Part shown: positions 1-10,429 of the stretch, in pieces
How the letters are laid out: each line of letters begins with the position of its first letter
How positions within the stretch are numbered: position 1 is the first letter of the stretch
Assembly (NCBI GenBank): GCA_963693365.1
Contig: CAVNZM010000001.1
Location: forward strand, 2,000,907 to 2,064,906
Length of the DNA stretch: 64,000 nt
Origin: Amoebidium appalachense
Lineage: Eukaryota > Protista > Ichthyosporea
Direction of reading: 5' to 3'
The notes under the pieces: generated by a model
The model's input: only the letters and a program-made list of their open reading frames with translations
What the model was told of the DNA's origin: nothing
Databases searched by the model: none
Translations under genes and position numbers: made by a program

Positions 1-437
1 TTTCTACCAATCAAAACATAACGAGTAATATAAATCTACTCAACGTATATTAGTGAGAGAGAAATATAATTAAATGAAAGGAAACAAGAGAAGAAAGAAA
101 GAGAAAAGAAAAGACGAAGAAAGAGGAAAAAGAAAAGAAAGCAGGACAGAAAACACGAACAGCAAAACACAGTTATAACCGAAGATATTCATGTACACAT
201 AACATGTACACGTGTCTCCCTCACTGGGTAGACTCGTGTACCTATAATCAGTTGCTGTAATCGATATCTAAACACACGAATATAGCCGACACAACACGAT
301 TACAAGTACTCAAATACACTGGAGATCGATGTCATAATTTACGTACAAGGAGCACATCTTTTTCATTAAGTAAATGAATGAAAACATAACACGAACTGAG
401 AAGATCTTACAATATGTAAATACTACGTATTATAACA
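1..437 (-). repeat. Copia-A 3' LTR, subtype A1 (partial, runs off window start)
   Basis: Reverse complement begins TGTTATAATACGTAG at 437 and is preceded by the PPT AAGTGGGGA (438-446). Matches the LTRs at 4087, 6158 and 25073. Confidence 0.92.
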
Positions 438-861
438 TCCCCACTTAAGACTTTGAAGTTTGTGTTATCATATCCCCACTGAACTAGTGAAATCTCCCCA
501 CTTGAGAACAGAAACGGAAAAAAAAAAATTAAAGTGTGTACTTTTCCGGGGGGGGGGGGGGGGGGAGAAGGGGGGGGGGGAGGGGGGGGGGAGAGGGGGG
601 GGGGGGAAGGGGGGGGGGGAAGGGGGGGGGGGAGGGGGGGGGAAGGAACCGGGGCAAAAACAACGAATATATATAACGTGTATAGGCGGTGTTTGATTAA
701 CTGGGTTTTAAACCAGTGAAAGATAGAGTAGAGTGATGGTACAGGTCAAACCTTATATATAAACCCTAAGTGGGCATACCCACAAAGGCAATACATATGA
801 TATAATGATGTTGATAAAGTAAGTAGTACACATGAGAAAATCACTCTTGAAGTAGGTCGGG

Positions 862-3800
862 TCAATCCACAATATCCGGTAAACAAAGTCGAGCACGATG
901 GTGGACATGACTCGGGCCGGGGAGGGGTTTGGTGAGTATGTCAGCTAAGTTGTGGGCTGACTCAACGTAGTGGACAACCACGTCCCCACTGGCAATGTAG
1001 TCCTTGGTGTTGTGATACCGGACGGCAATGTGTTTGGTACGGTGCTTGATGCCGGTGGAGTTGACGATGGCAATGGTCGACTGGTTGTCACAGTACACCG
1101 GAGTCGGAGCAAGCATGGGACAGCCGAGTTCCTTGAAGAGGTCACGGACCCAAGCAACTTCTTGGGTGCCAGCATTGAGAGCAATCAGCTCAGCTTCAGT
1201 GGTGCTGGTGGCCGTGATGGGCTGGAGCTTGGAGTACCAGATGACGGGCATACCAGCAAACACGATAATGTAGCCGGTGGTAGACTTCTTGCTGTCGGCA
1301 CAACCAGCAAAGTCAGCATCCGTGTAGCATTCGAGTATGGGGGACTGGGTGGCCGAGTACTTGTAGTCAATGCCAAGGTCAATGGTGCCGAGCAGGTACC
1401 GGGCCACACGACGGAGAAGGTCCCAGTGAGTCTTGCCGGGGTTGGTGCTGAACCGACCAAGGAAGCCGATGGCATAGGCAATGTCGGGACGTGTGCACCG
1501 TGCCACCCAGAGGAGACGGCCGAGTAACTCACGGTAGGGCACGGTGAACGGTTGGGGGGGGCAATCAGCCAGGGAGACGGTGGTGCCTGCAGGGATGGGG
1601 GTAGACTTGGACTTGGCATCGGTGAGGTTGAAGTCGTGGATGATATCCATGATGTAAGACCTCTGGTGCATGTGGAGGTGATGGGGATCAGAGTGATTAA
1701 AATCAACACCGAGCATACGGTCAAATGGACTCATACGACAGCTGGCCATCTTGCTGATGTGGGCAGCCAGGTCACTGGCAGCAGTAGAACCCCGGGTGTT
1801 GGTGATGGTGGAGTCATCGACGTAGTTACCAGCCCGTACCACATCGTTGTTGGGGAAGAACCGGAGGTAGATGCACGGGTCGTTCTTAGTACGGGTCAGG
1901 CCATGGGCAAGAAGAATGCCGTCGAGGAAGTCGTACCAAGCCTTGGAGGCTTGCTTGAGGCCGTACAGGGCTTTCTTGAGTCTCCAGACCTTGCCAAGTG
2001 TGGCCATGGTGATGAATCCCGGGGGTTGTTTCATGTAGATGGTCTCGGTGAGTGGGCTGTTGAGAAAGGCCGTAGACACGTCGAGTTGATGTATGTCATG
2101 ACCTTCAACAACGGCCAGAGCTAGGATGGCACGGAGAGCAGCCGGACGGATGACAGGGCTCTCAATCAACTCATAGTCAACACCGTATTGCTGACTGAAG
2201 CCTTGAGCAACACCACGTGCCTTGATCTTGGTGTCACCAGCCGAGTTGAGAGTTTTCTCGGAGACAATCCACTTGAAGCCGACGATGTTAGCACCAGGGG
2301 GAGGGTCAACAAGTTCAAAGATGTCTTTGTCGACGAAGGCTTGATACTCAGCAGTCAGGGCTGACTTGACCTGATCACCATTGGGTCCGGAACAGAGTTG
2401 ACGGACAAGTTTGGGTAGTTGGTCGATGTTGATGGGGGGACCGGGGGGGACTGGCAGGGTGGTGGTGGCTTGAAGTCCAACCTTGCCCTGGAGACGGGCA
2501 GAACGACGGGGTGCAGGAACCGGGGTAGGTGGAGACGGTGGGGGGGGGAACTTGGAAGTTCGGAAGTGCAGGGGGGGCAACCTCCGGGCTGGACGGGGCC
2601 GAGTGGAAGTTGTCGGGGGAGCCGGGTCGGATGGGTGTGACGTTGCCAGGGGCAGGATGAGGGTCGGCAGGCTGGACGGGCACGGGGGCAGGGAGGCCGG
2701 TGGGGGGGGGGTGTCGGGGGAACGACGATGGCAGGAGGGGGGCCAGAGTACACCAGACAAACATCATCTTCAGTGTCAACTGTGGGGGGTGGGGTGGTCG
2801 AGGTAGCAGTGGTGTCGGGGGTCGGAAGGGTTGATGGAATGTCGGACGGGAGATAAGCTGATTCGTCGAAAATCACATCACGGAAGAGGCCGACACGATG
2901 GGTGGTGGCATTGAAGATCCGGTGGCAGTGTGATTGAAGATCATAGCCGATATACATGCCGAGTTTGACGGTGGGGGCCAGCTTGTTCCGTTTAGAGGCT
3001 GGCACGTGAGTGTAGGCAGGGCAACCGAACACTTTGAGCTCGGAGATGTCGGGCTTGACACCGTAGAAAACCTCGAATGGTGTACGACCATTGGCAGTCG
3101 TGGACGGGGTGACGTTGATGATGTAGGCGGCATGTTGGAGGCCCTCAGCCCACAGTTTGGGAGACAGAGACTGATCTTGGACTTGATGGAGGAGGCAACG
3201 GACAATCTCTTGGAGGAACCGCATACGTCGTTCAACATAGCCGTTCAGTTGAGGGCAGTCCACCGGAGCATAGCTGGCCTTGATGCCCTGGGAGAGGCAA
3301 AAAGCACGGGTATCCTTGGAGGTGAACTCAGAGCCGGAGTCGAAGTGGTAAACACCAACTTTGGAGGCGGCATGGGTGGCAACGAGGTTGGTGTGAGCTG
3401 TGAGAATATCCAGGGTGGTGGTACGGTCGGCCATCGGGTAGATCTTGACGAGGCCAGAGGCACGGCAGACAGTGACGAGAGCAACCTTGGAACCTCCGTA
3501 CGATGTTGTGGTAGGCTCAAAAAAATCCCAATGCCATTCATGACCGGGGATGTTGGAGTGAGGACGGTCACCCCTGAACGGAGCCTTGGTGGTCTTACCC
3601 ATAATGCAGCCATGACAATCAGGAACATCACAGTCGAGGACAGAGGAGGGGAGACCAATAACAAGGTCGTGTTTCACCATGTCCTTGATGCTGGTCATAG
3701 CTCGGTGCCCCAGGCGATGGTGCCAGATGGATGGGTTAACACTGGTAGTGGCAGCCAGAGCCACAGGACGAGTGGGTGGTTGAATGGTGTAGTCCTTGAA

Positions 3801-4086
3801 GTAATACAGACCGTTGTGTAGACGGAGGTTGACGAGATGACGGCCGGTGAGTCGGTCGAAGAGGAATGACGGAGTGGAGGCATCGTTCAAATCACCCTTG
3901 ATGTATTCGGCAGCAGCTTGGGATGTTGAAATGAGGAAGGCTTGGCCAGACGGGGTGTAGTAGGCTTCAATGGTTAGGGTGGTAGTGCCATGGTCCTTTT
4001 GGTGGTGGTGTTGATGACGATATGGCCGGTGTGAGTGGCCAAGACGGGGGTGCCATTGAAGGCAGCAACGGGAGTCGGTGTCGGAA
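862..4086 (-). pseudogene. Copia-A pol (end of protease, integrase, RT, RNase H), 5'-truncated and frameshifted
   Basis: ORFs 2355-3890 (WHHRLGH, CHGC, WHWD, DSGSEF, NGYVER) and 862-2760 (HQLDVSTAFL, LKKALYGLKQA, YVDD, YTDADFAG, YCDNQS, ADILTK). Frameshifts lie in poly-C runs. Interrupted at 4087 by an LTR. Confidence 0.93.
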
Positions 4087-5020
4087 TGTTGTAATACGTA
4101 GTATTTACATATTGTAAGATCTTCTCAGTTCGTGTTATGTTTTCATTCATTTACTTAGTGAAAAAGATGTGCTCCTTGTACGTAAACTATGACATCGATC
4201 TCCAGTGTATTTGAGTACTTGTAATCGTGTTGTCTCGGCTATATTCGTGTGTTTAGATATCGATTACAGCAACTGATTATAGGTACACGAGTCTACCCAG
4301 TGAGGGAGAAACGTGTACATGTTATGTGTACATGAATATCTTCGGTTATAACTGTGTTTTGCTGTTCGTGTTTTCTGTCCTGCTTTCTTTTCTTTTTCCT
4401 CTTTCTTCTTCTTTCTTTTCTCTTTCTTTCTTCTCTTGTTTCCTTTCACATAATTATATTTCTCTCTCACTAATATACGTTGAGTAGATTTATATTACTC
4501 GTTATGTTTTGATTGGTAGAAAAACACTTAGGTTACACTTTAGCTTGTCAGGTATGATTCATAGCTTAGTCAACCACTTTTGTTTTGTGTGTTGCCGTAC
4601 TATATCCAATCAGTGGACTTAGTCAGAAAATGTCTGAGTCTTTGTAGCCGATGATAGGTTAGAAACACCACCTCTTTCCTCGTTACTCTTCACCTCTTTT
4701 CTTTCTTATAGCTGTGACCTATGGTGTGTGTTCCCGCGTCTCCGGATCTATCCGGGAAATAATCAGTTAATTATGATTGGTTATTTTAGACATAGATCTG
4801 ATTTCCGACTGGTCGGAAATCATGTATGGATTTAACTTAAGGGAATTTCAGGTATTTATTAGCGATCAAAATAAATTGAGTTCAGTCGTGTCTAAACATT
4901 GATGTCTGTTGTGTACACTGCTCCGATCGTTCCGTGTTTTGTTGTTGTGTGTGTCTGTGGTGTTTTCACACTCCACCACTGTGTCTCTGCTTACATCCTA
5001 AATACTTATAGAATTTAACA
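4087..5020 (+). repeat. Copia-A LTR subtype A1 (934 bp), 5' LTR of a non-autonomous derivative
   Basis: TGTTGTAAT...ATTTAACA, followed directly by the PBS GGTTATGGGCCCAG. Confidence 0.93.
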
Positions 5021-5034
5021 GGTTATGGGCCCAG
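5021..5034 (+). promoter_or_regulatory. Primer-binding site for the 5' half of initiator tRNA-Met
   Basis: GGTTATGGGCCCAG directly after the LTR is the reverse complement of CUGGGCCCAUAACC, the tRNAi-Met anticodon stem-loop. This is the half-tRNA priming mode of Drosophila copia. Confidence 0.85.
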
Positions 5035-6057
5035 ATGTACGCTCCCTACACACACCTAGACCTAGCGATCGTTAAATTCCTGGTACACATCATAGCTGTG
5101 GTGAGCTCCTCATGCATCTTGGTGCTGAGGCTGTGTACATCCATCCCCGGCGTCCGTCCGTAAGCGGTCCCACGTGACTCCTCTTGACAAGATCTGACTC
5201 ATCTTGACAAGAGCTTTTGCCACGCCTTGACACCCGTGACATCCTCGCAAGTTCAAATTCCAGCTTGCACTCCTTCCAGCTCCGTCCTGGTTTCTCTCCG
5301 TCACGCCAAACCGTCCTCCACCCTTGGTTCTGCAATCGCGCTCCAAGTTCCTTGACACTTCACCGACGTGGTCTCAACCGCGCCGCCCTGTCTACCCAGG
5401 CCTGAGGATCCTGCATCGAAACCCCATTCCATCCGATTTCGAACCCCGTCGACCCGCATTCGAATATAATTTCACACCCCGTCTGCGTTCCAATCGAAGA
5501 TAATTTGACACCCCGTCTCGATCCGACTTGACCATCATCCATCAAGTCCATCTGAAGTATCCAAATTCGGTACTTCTTTCCAGTCTACCGTGTTCCACCC
5601 CGTCCAAGCCCTTTGTGCTTCCCTCCTCCCTAGGAGTCCCGACCCTGAGTCCCTCCAGAACCGTTTACCGTGTCCAACCCGCTTCCTTCCAGGATTTCCA
5701 ACCCTGTTTTCGGCCATGTCTCCCCTTACCGTGCCGTCACTGTCAATGGCCCCCTCACATTCCATTGATCTGCCCTGCATTCCGGCAGCAGTTTCCCCCC
5801 ATCACGTGGCCAACCTCGTCGAGATGCCAGCTACCACCAGCTCTGCACGGGCAACAGCTACCCCTGCAGCTGTTTCCCCCCCATTACCACCCGACCCCGG
5901 CCAGCAAGACACGTGCTGCCAGGTCCGGCCGTTCCCATCCACGTTTCTAGCCAGCCTACCGTGCTGCCTGCCCGCGTTTCCGAAACCCCCTGCCCCCGAC
6001 CCAGTTAGTACCAGTTAGTGGAATGATTACTACCTACTTTACCACCATCATTATTTC
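5021..6057 (+). mobile_element. Decayed, non-coding internal region of a non-autonomous Copia-A derivative
   Basis: Starts with a Copia-A-like leader (CGCTCCCTACACACACCTAGA). Ends with sequence resembling the Copia-A 3' UTR (TACTACCTACTTTACCACCATCATTAT vs TACTACTTACTTTATCAACATCATTAT). No long ORF. Confidence 0.6.
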
Positions 6058-7092
6058 ATGGTGATTTTGTTTACGCCAGTTTTGTTTGGATCCATGATTG
6101 AAAAACGAGCGCGAGTTCTAGATGTGTGTAGGGAGCGTGCAAAAGGGCTGCATAACCTGTTAAATTCTATAAGTATTTAGGATGTAAGCAGAGACACAGT
6201 GGTGCAGTGTGAAAACACCACAGACACACACAACAACAAAACACGGAACGATCGGAGCAGTGTACACAACAGACATCAATGTTTAGACACGACTGAACTC
6301 AATTTATTTTGATCGCTAATAAATACCTGAAATTCCCTTAAGTTAAATCCATACATGATTTCCGACCAGTCGGAAATCAGATCTATGTCTAAAATAACCA
6401 ATCATAATTAACTGATTATTTCCCGGATAGATCCGGAGACGCGGGAACACACACCATAGGTCACAGCTATAAGAAAGAAAAGAGGTGAAGAGTAACGAGG
6501 AAAGAGGTGGTGTTTCTAACCTATCATCGGCTACAAAGACTCAGACATTTTCTGACTAAGTCCACTGATTGGATATAGTACGGCAACACACAAAACAAAA
6601 GTGGTTGACTAAGCTATGAATCATACCTGACAAGCTAAAGTGTAACCTAAGTGTTTTTCTACCAATCAAAACATAACGAGTAATATAAATCTACTCAACG
6701 TATATTAGTGAGAGAGAAATATAATTAAATGAAAGGAAACAAGAGAAGAAAGAAAGAGAAAAGAAAAGACGAAGAAAGAGGAAAAAGAAAAGAAAGCAGG
6801 ACAGAAAACACGAACAGCAAAACACAGTTATAACCGAAGATATTCATGTACACATAACATGTACACGTGTCTCCCTCACTGGGTAGACTCGTGTACCTAT
6901 AATCAGTTGCTGTAATCGATATCTAAACACACGAATATAGCCGACACAACACGATTACAAGTACTCAAATACACTGGAGATCGATGTCATAATTTACGTA
7001 CAAGGAGCACATCTTTTTCATTAAGTAAATGAATGAAAACATAACACGAACTGAGAAGATCTTACAATATGAAAATACTACGTATTATAACA
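6058..7092 (-). mobile_element. Copia-A 5' end: LTR A1 (6158-7092), PBS, leader and first gag codons
   Basis: Reverse complement reads LTR, GGTTATGCAGCCC, then ATG GAT CCA AAC AAA (MDPNKTGVNKITM), then truncation. Confidence 0.92.
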
Positions 7093-7428
7093 AGTATATT
7101 CGTTGTCTTTGTTTTAGTTCAAAGTAGTTTAGTTTTAGTTGAAAATAGGGTGACTCACCAATAGACGCGAGTGAGTACATCTATAGATCGTGATGTGCAA
7201 TCCTGTCTATTAATATACGTGTTATGATTGGACACATTAGATATGTTTGGATTTCGTTTTATCGTGATGTGTCTTCACTTTGAGAGTGTCGTTTTGGATT
7301 TTGTCCTGGTGCAGAGACTAGCGATCTTGCTAGCCTTGAGATCACAATCTAACCACTGCCGATGGTTGTGATGACGCCAGTAAAGGCGTGCTGGCTTTAA
7401 CCCCAGCGAGAAGAGTATGAGAAAAAGA

Positions 7429-7501
7429 TGATCCCGACGGGATTTGAACCCGCGACCCCTCTATCTCCGGTCGAGTGCTCTACCAACTGAGCTACGAGAT
7501 C
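7429..7501 (-). tRNA. tRNA-like gene inside TRIM LTR (anticodon position GGA; probably not a decoding tRNA)
   Basis: 73-nt cloverleaf: acceptor GATCTCG/CGGGATC, D arm GCTC-AGTTGGTA-GAGC, T arm GCGGG-TTCAAAT-CCCGT. A and B boxes intact, followed by TTTTT. Confidence 0.8.
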
Positions 7502-7764
7502 CGTTAAGATCTCGCAGGCCACCAGCCGATCATGATCTGATTCATGCGATCGGACTGGATAACGATACCATCTTCCAACATCCCCACTCAGGACGAATCG
7601 CAGGATCGCAACCTGTCTCCGCTACCATTTTGGATTTTGTCCTGGTGCAGAGACTAGCGATCTTGCTAGCCTTGAGATCACAACCTAACCACTGCCGATG
7701 GTTGTGATTACGCCAGTAAAGGCGTGCTGGCTTTTACCCCAGCGAGAAGAGGATGAGAAAAAGA

Positions 7765-7837
7765 TGATCCCGACGGGATTTGAACATGCGACCCCTCTAT
7801 CTCCGGTCGAGTGCTCTACCAACTGAGCTACGAGATC
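7765..7837 (-). tRNA. tRNA-like gene inside TRIM LTR (T-stem mutated)
   Basis: Same unit, with GCATGTTCAAAT in place of GCGGGTTCAAAT. Confidence 0.7.
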
Positions 7838-8428
7838 GGTTAAGATCTCGCGGGCCACCAGCCGATCATGATCTGATTCATGCGAAGGGACTGGATAACG
7901 ATACCATCTTCCAACATGTTGACTATTAGGAAGTATATGTATTTAGATGAGTTTCTTTATAGAGACGAGTATGAATATATATGTGTATTAATAGTGACAA
8001 GTTGTATAATTTACTTAAGGTATTAAGTAAGAGTTTCTAAGCTTCAGTTGTGTCGGAAGTTGGAATGCGTATGCTCTGTTGGAATGTGTTTTTCTATCAT
8101 CTGAAGGAACCGATTGACCGATGGTTCTCTTCTTTTAGTTGAGATAAGATGATAAGTGGGAAGTACAAAAAGACCCGAGAGCACAATAAAGTCAGTTGTT
8201 GTTGAAATCTTTCAAGTGTCGTGAACAACTCCGATTGCCCTCTCTTTATTGTGTTGGTCGTGTTTTACACCTCTGTGCACTCTGCTCCCTTAGACCCGTA
8301 CAAAACAACAGGTTAAAGGCCCGTTTTTGCACGCTCTCGCAACACATTTTCTCGCTGCAATCGCAACTATTCAAATTTGAATACCGATCTGATCTCTCTC
8401 CCGCGCATCGTCTGACTGATTGATCACC

Positions 8429-8767
8429 ATGTCGGAGAAGCCCGCGTACCTCAACCTCACCCCCTGGAAAGACCACGGACAAGAAGTCCGGTAAACGTCT
8501 TACCTATTATGAGTGGGAGCCCGTCATCTTCCGGTACCTGCACACCACCATCGCGGCCAAGTTAGTCCCGTCATCAAGGCCCCCGAGTGGGTCGATCCTT
8601 CTGACGAGAACGAGTGGCATGGCTATGACACTGAGCAGGCCTACACCGAGGCTTCCAACTTCCTTGAACAGATGTTTACTCAACTCGTCTCCAATGATGA
8701 GCTGTATAATTCTGGTCAAATTCACGATGATGTGTCACCTGCCCACGCTTTCCACAACCTCCGTATG
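8429..8767 (+). pseudogene. Copia-C gag N-terminus, frameshifted fragment
   Basis: MSEKPAYLNLTPW...KRLTYYEWEPVI...APEWVD...FHNLRM is homologous to Copia-B gag (MTDKPSYVNLPIW...YFEWEPLI...FHNLRM). Confidence 0.85.
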
Positions 8768-8915
8768 TGTTGGAAGATGGTATCGTTATCCAGTCCGATC
8801 GCATGAATCAGATCATGATCGGCTGGTGGCCTGCGAGATCTTAACCGATCTCGTAGCTCAGTTGGTAGAGCACTCGACCGGAGATAGAGGGGTCGCGGGT
8901 TCAAATCTCGTCGGG
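8768..8915 (+). mobile_element. Partial tRNA-bearing TRIM LTR (copy 3); tRNA-like part 8847-8915
   Basis: TGTTGGAAGATGGTATCG... identical to the TRIM LTR start. Inserted in Copia-C gag and truncated near the tRNA 3' end. Confidence 0.88.
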
Positions 8916-10429
8916 TGCATCTGTCGTATCCTATCGTGTATGTATTAGAGACGCGGCACTCTACTAAGTGTACACACACAGAAAGGAACGAACGTGTACG
9001 GAAAAACGGTAAAGTTTATTCAGACCAGGCTCCGACGGGCAAAACTTAGATCCGTACGGAATGAGGCTAAGTCACAACTGAGGCCATCAAGGCCGCGCCC
9101 TCAAAGATCATCATCACCTGCCCCCCCTACGATGCCACATTCCATACATTCCGATCTACTTTATCATGCGCCTGCACGAGCTAAGTCGATCTGCTCAAAC
9201 TTAATATATTTATCCATGTCTCACCCATCGCCCTTCCCCTAGTGGCACCGCAGAGTCTAAATCTACATTTCATACTATCCTCCCCCCCCCCTCCCTCCCC
9301 CCTTTCCTCTACATCGAAGTATATAAATACGTTTGGCAACATATACTATCAAAACTTGCCAATATTTACAAAAGGGCTTCTGCCCGAACATATCACATTC
9401 CTAAGTCCTCCTACGATCTATCATACACACTAATTAGAATTCTATTGGTCGGCTGCTCCAGCTGACGTAGTCCTGCCCTGCGCCGGCAGAGGCAAGATGC
9501 ACACAGCCAGGCACGCAGCTGTACAGCTATCTTGAGGCCCCGGACTTGATCTTGATGATCTGTGGACCCGGGCCACCCCCCCCCCCCCTGTCATCTTCAC
9601 TTGATTCACGGCAAGACTTAGAAGTTGAGTTTTGTATTTGTTTATTAGTTTGTTGTAGTTTGTTTCCTTTTCCTTCCTTCCTTTCTTTCTTTCTTTTCTT
9701 TCTGTTTCCGTGTACACCGATATCTTAGATCTGTGTACGTATCGACATACTTAGCTCGCGCACACGTATTGTCGTTTGTGTCAAAATCTATATATGTCAT
9801 CCAATCAAATCTCGTTTGTATTTTCCCAAATATAGTAACTTACATTCCTTTCTCATTCCTTTCTCACGACGTAGCATTGTGCTATGTTCTCCAACTATTA
9901 GGAATAATTATGTTTAGACGTGTTATGATAAGAACATGTATAATTGTATGTTATGAATTAATAGTTACATAAGTGGTTTCTTTTTGTTAAATGTTTCCGT
10001 GCTTTTACTAGAAGTTTCTTTCATTAGAGGATTGACTCTTTCATATTCTATGTATCGACAGACATTTTGATCGATATATTTTACACTCATAGTTTTCGTC
10101 CTTTTGATTGGAAAATAGAGATTTCGTTCTTTTGATTGGTTTATCGTTTTCACATTCCCAAGCATAAAAGGGACTTGGACAAGTATAAAAGGGACTTCAT
10201 CTTGGAATAAATCTTAAGCAGTCGTATTCACTTCCTATGGTTCCAGAAATCGTTCCACCTCTCCGGTTGTGTTTCTCCCGTGTGTCTCTGTGTTGTGTAT
10301 AACATAACACCCATCTGTGCTCTCTGCTTCTCCGTTTACCCACACAAAATAACAGGTTTACGACCCCTTTGCACGCTAACACACAATCTCGTTACAACCG
10401 CGAAATTCCTCAGTCTTACTGCTTCAATC

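Larger units (their letters stand above)
7292..7916 (-). mobile_element. TRIM with a tRNA-like gene in each LTR (copy 1, 625 bp)
   Basis: 289-bp direct repeats at 7292-7580 and 7628-7916. The 47-bp interior has the PBS TGGTAGCGGAGACAGGTT and the PPT GAGTGGGGA. TSD is TGTCG/TGTTG. The empty site GAGAGTGTCGACTATTAGG is present at about 32956 and 53100. Confidence 0.93.
7093..8310 (+). repeat. Copia-C 5' LTR (5'-truncated), interrupted by a tRNA-bearing TRIM
   Basis: Homologous to 32384-33244 and 52718-53238. Ends ...CAAAACAACA followed by the PBS-like GGTTAAAGGCCCG...GCACGCT. Confidence 0.82.

Noticed and set aside
4087-7092. DNA transposon with 930-bp terminal inverted repeats
   Set aside because: The arms are ordinary Copia-A LTRs, each with its own PBS, and the flanks CGGAA and AGTAT are not a TSD.
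7429-7837. Tandem functional tRNA-Ser(GGA) genes or SINEs
   Set aside because: The tRNA-like units sit inside paired LTRs with PBS, PPT and TSD. They lack U33 and a long variable arm and have no SINE tail.
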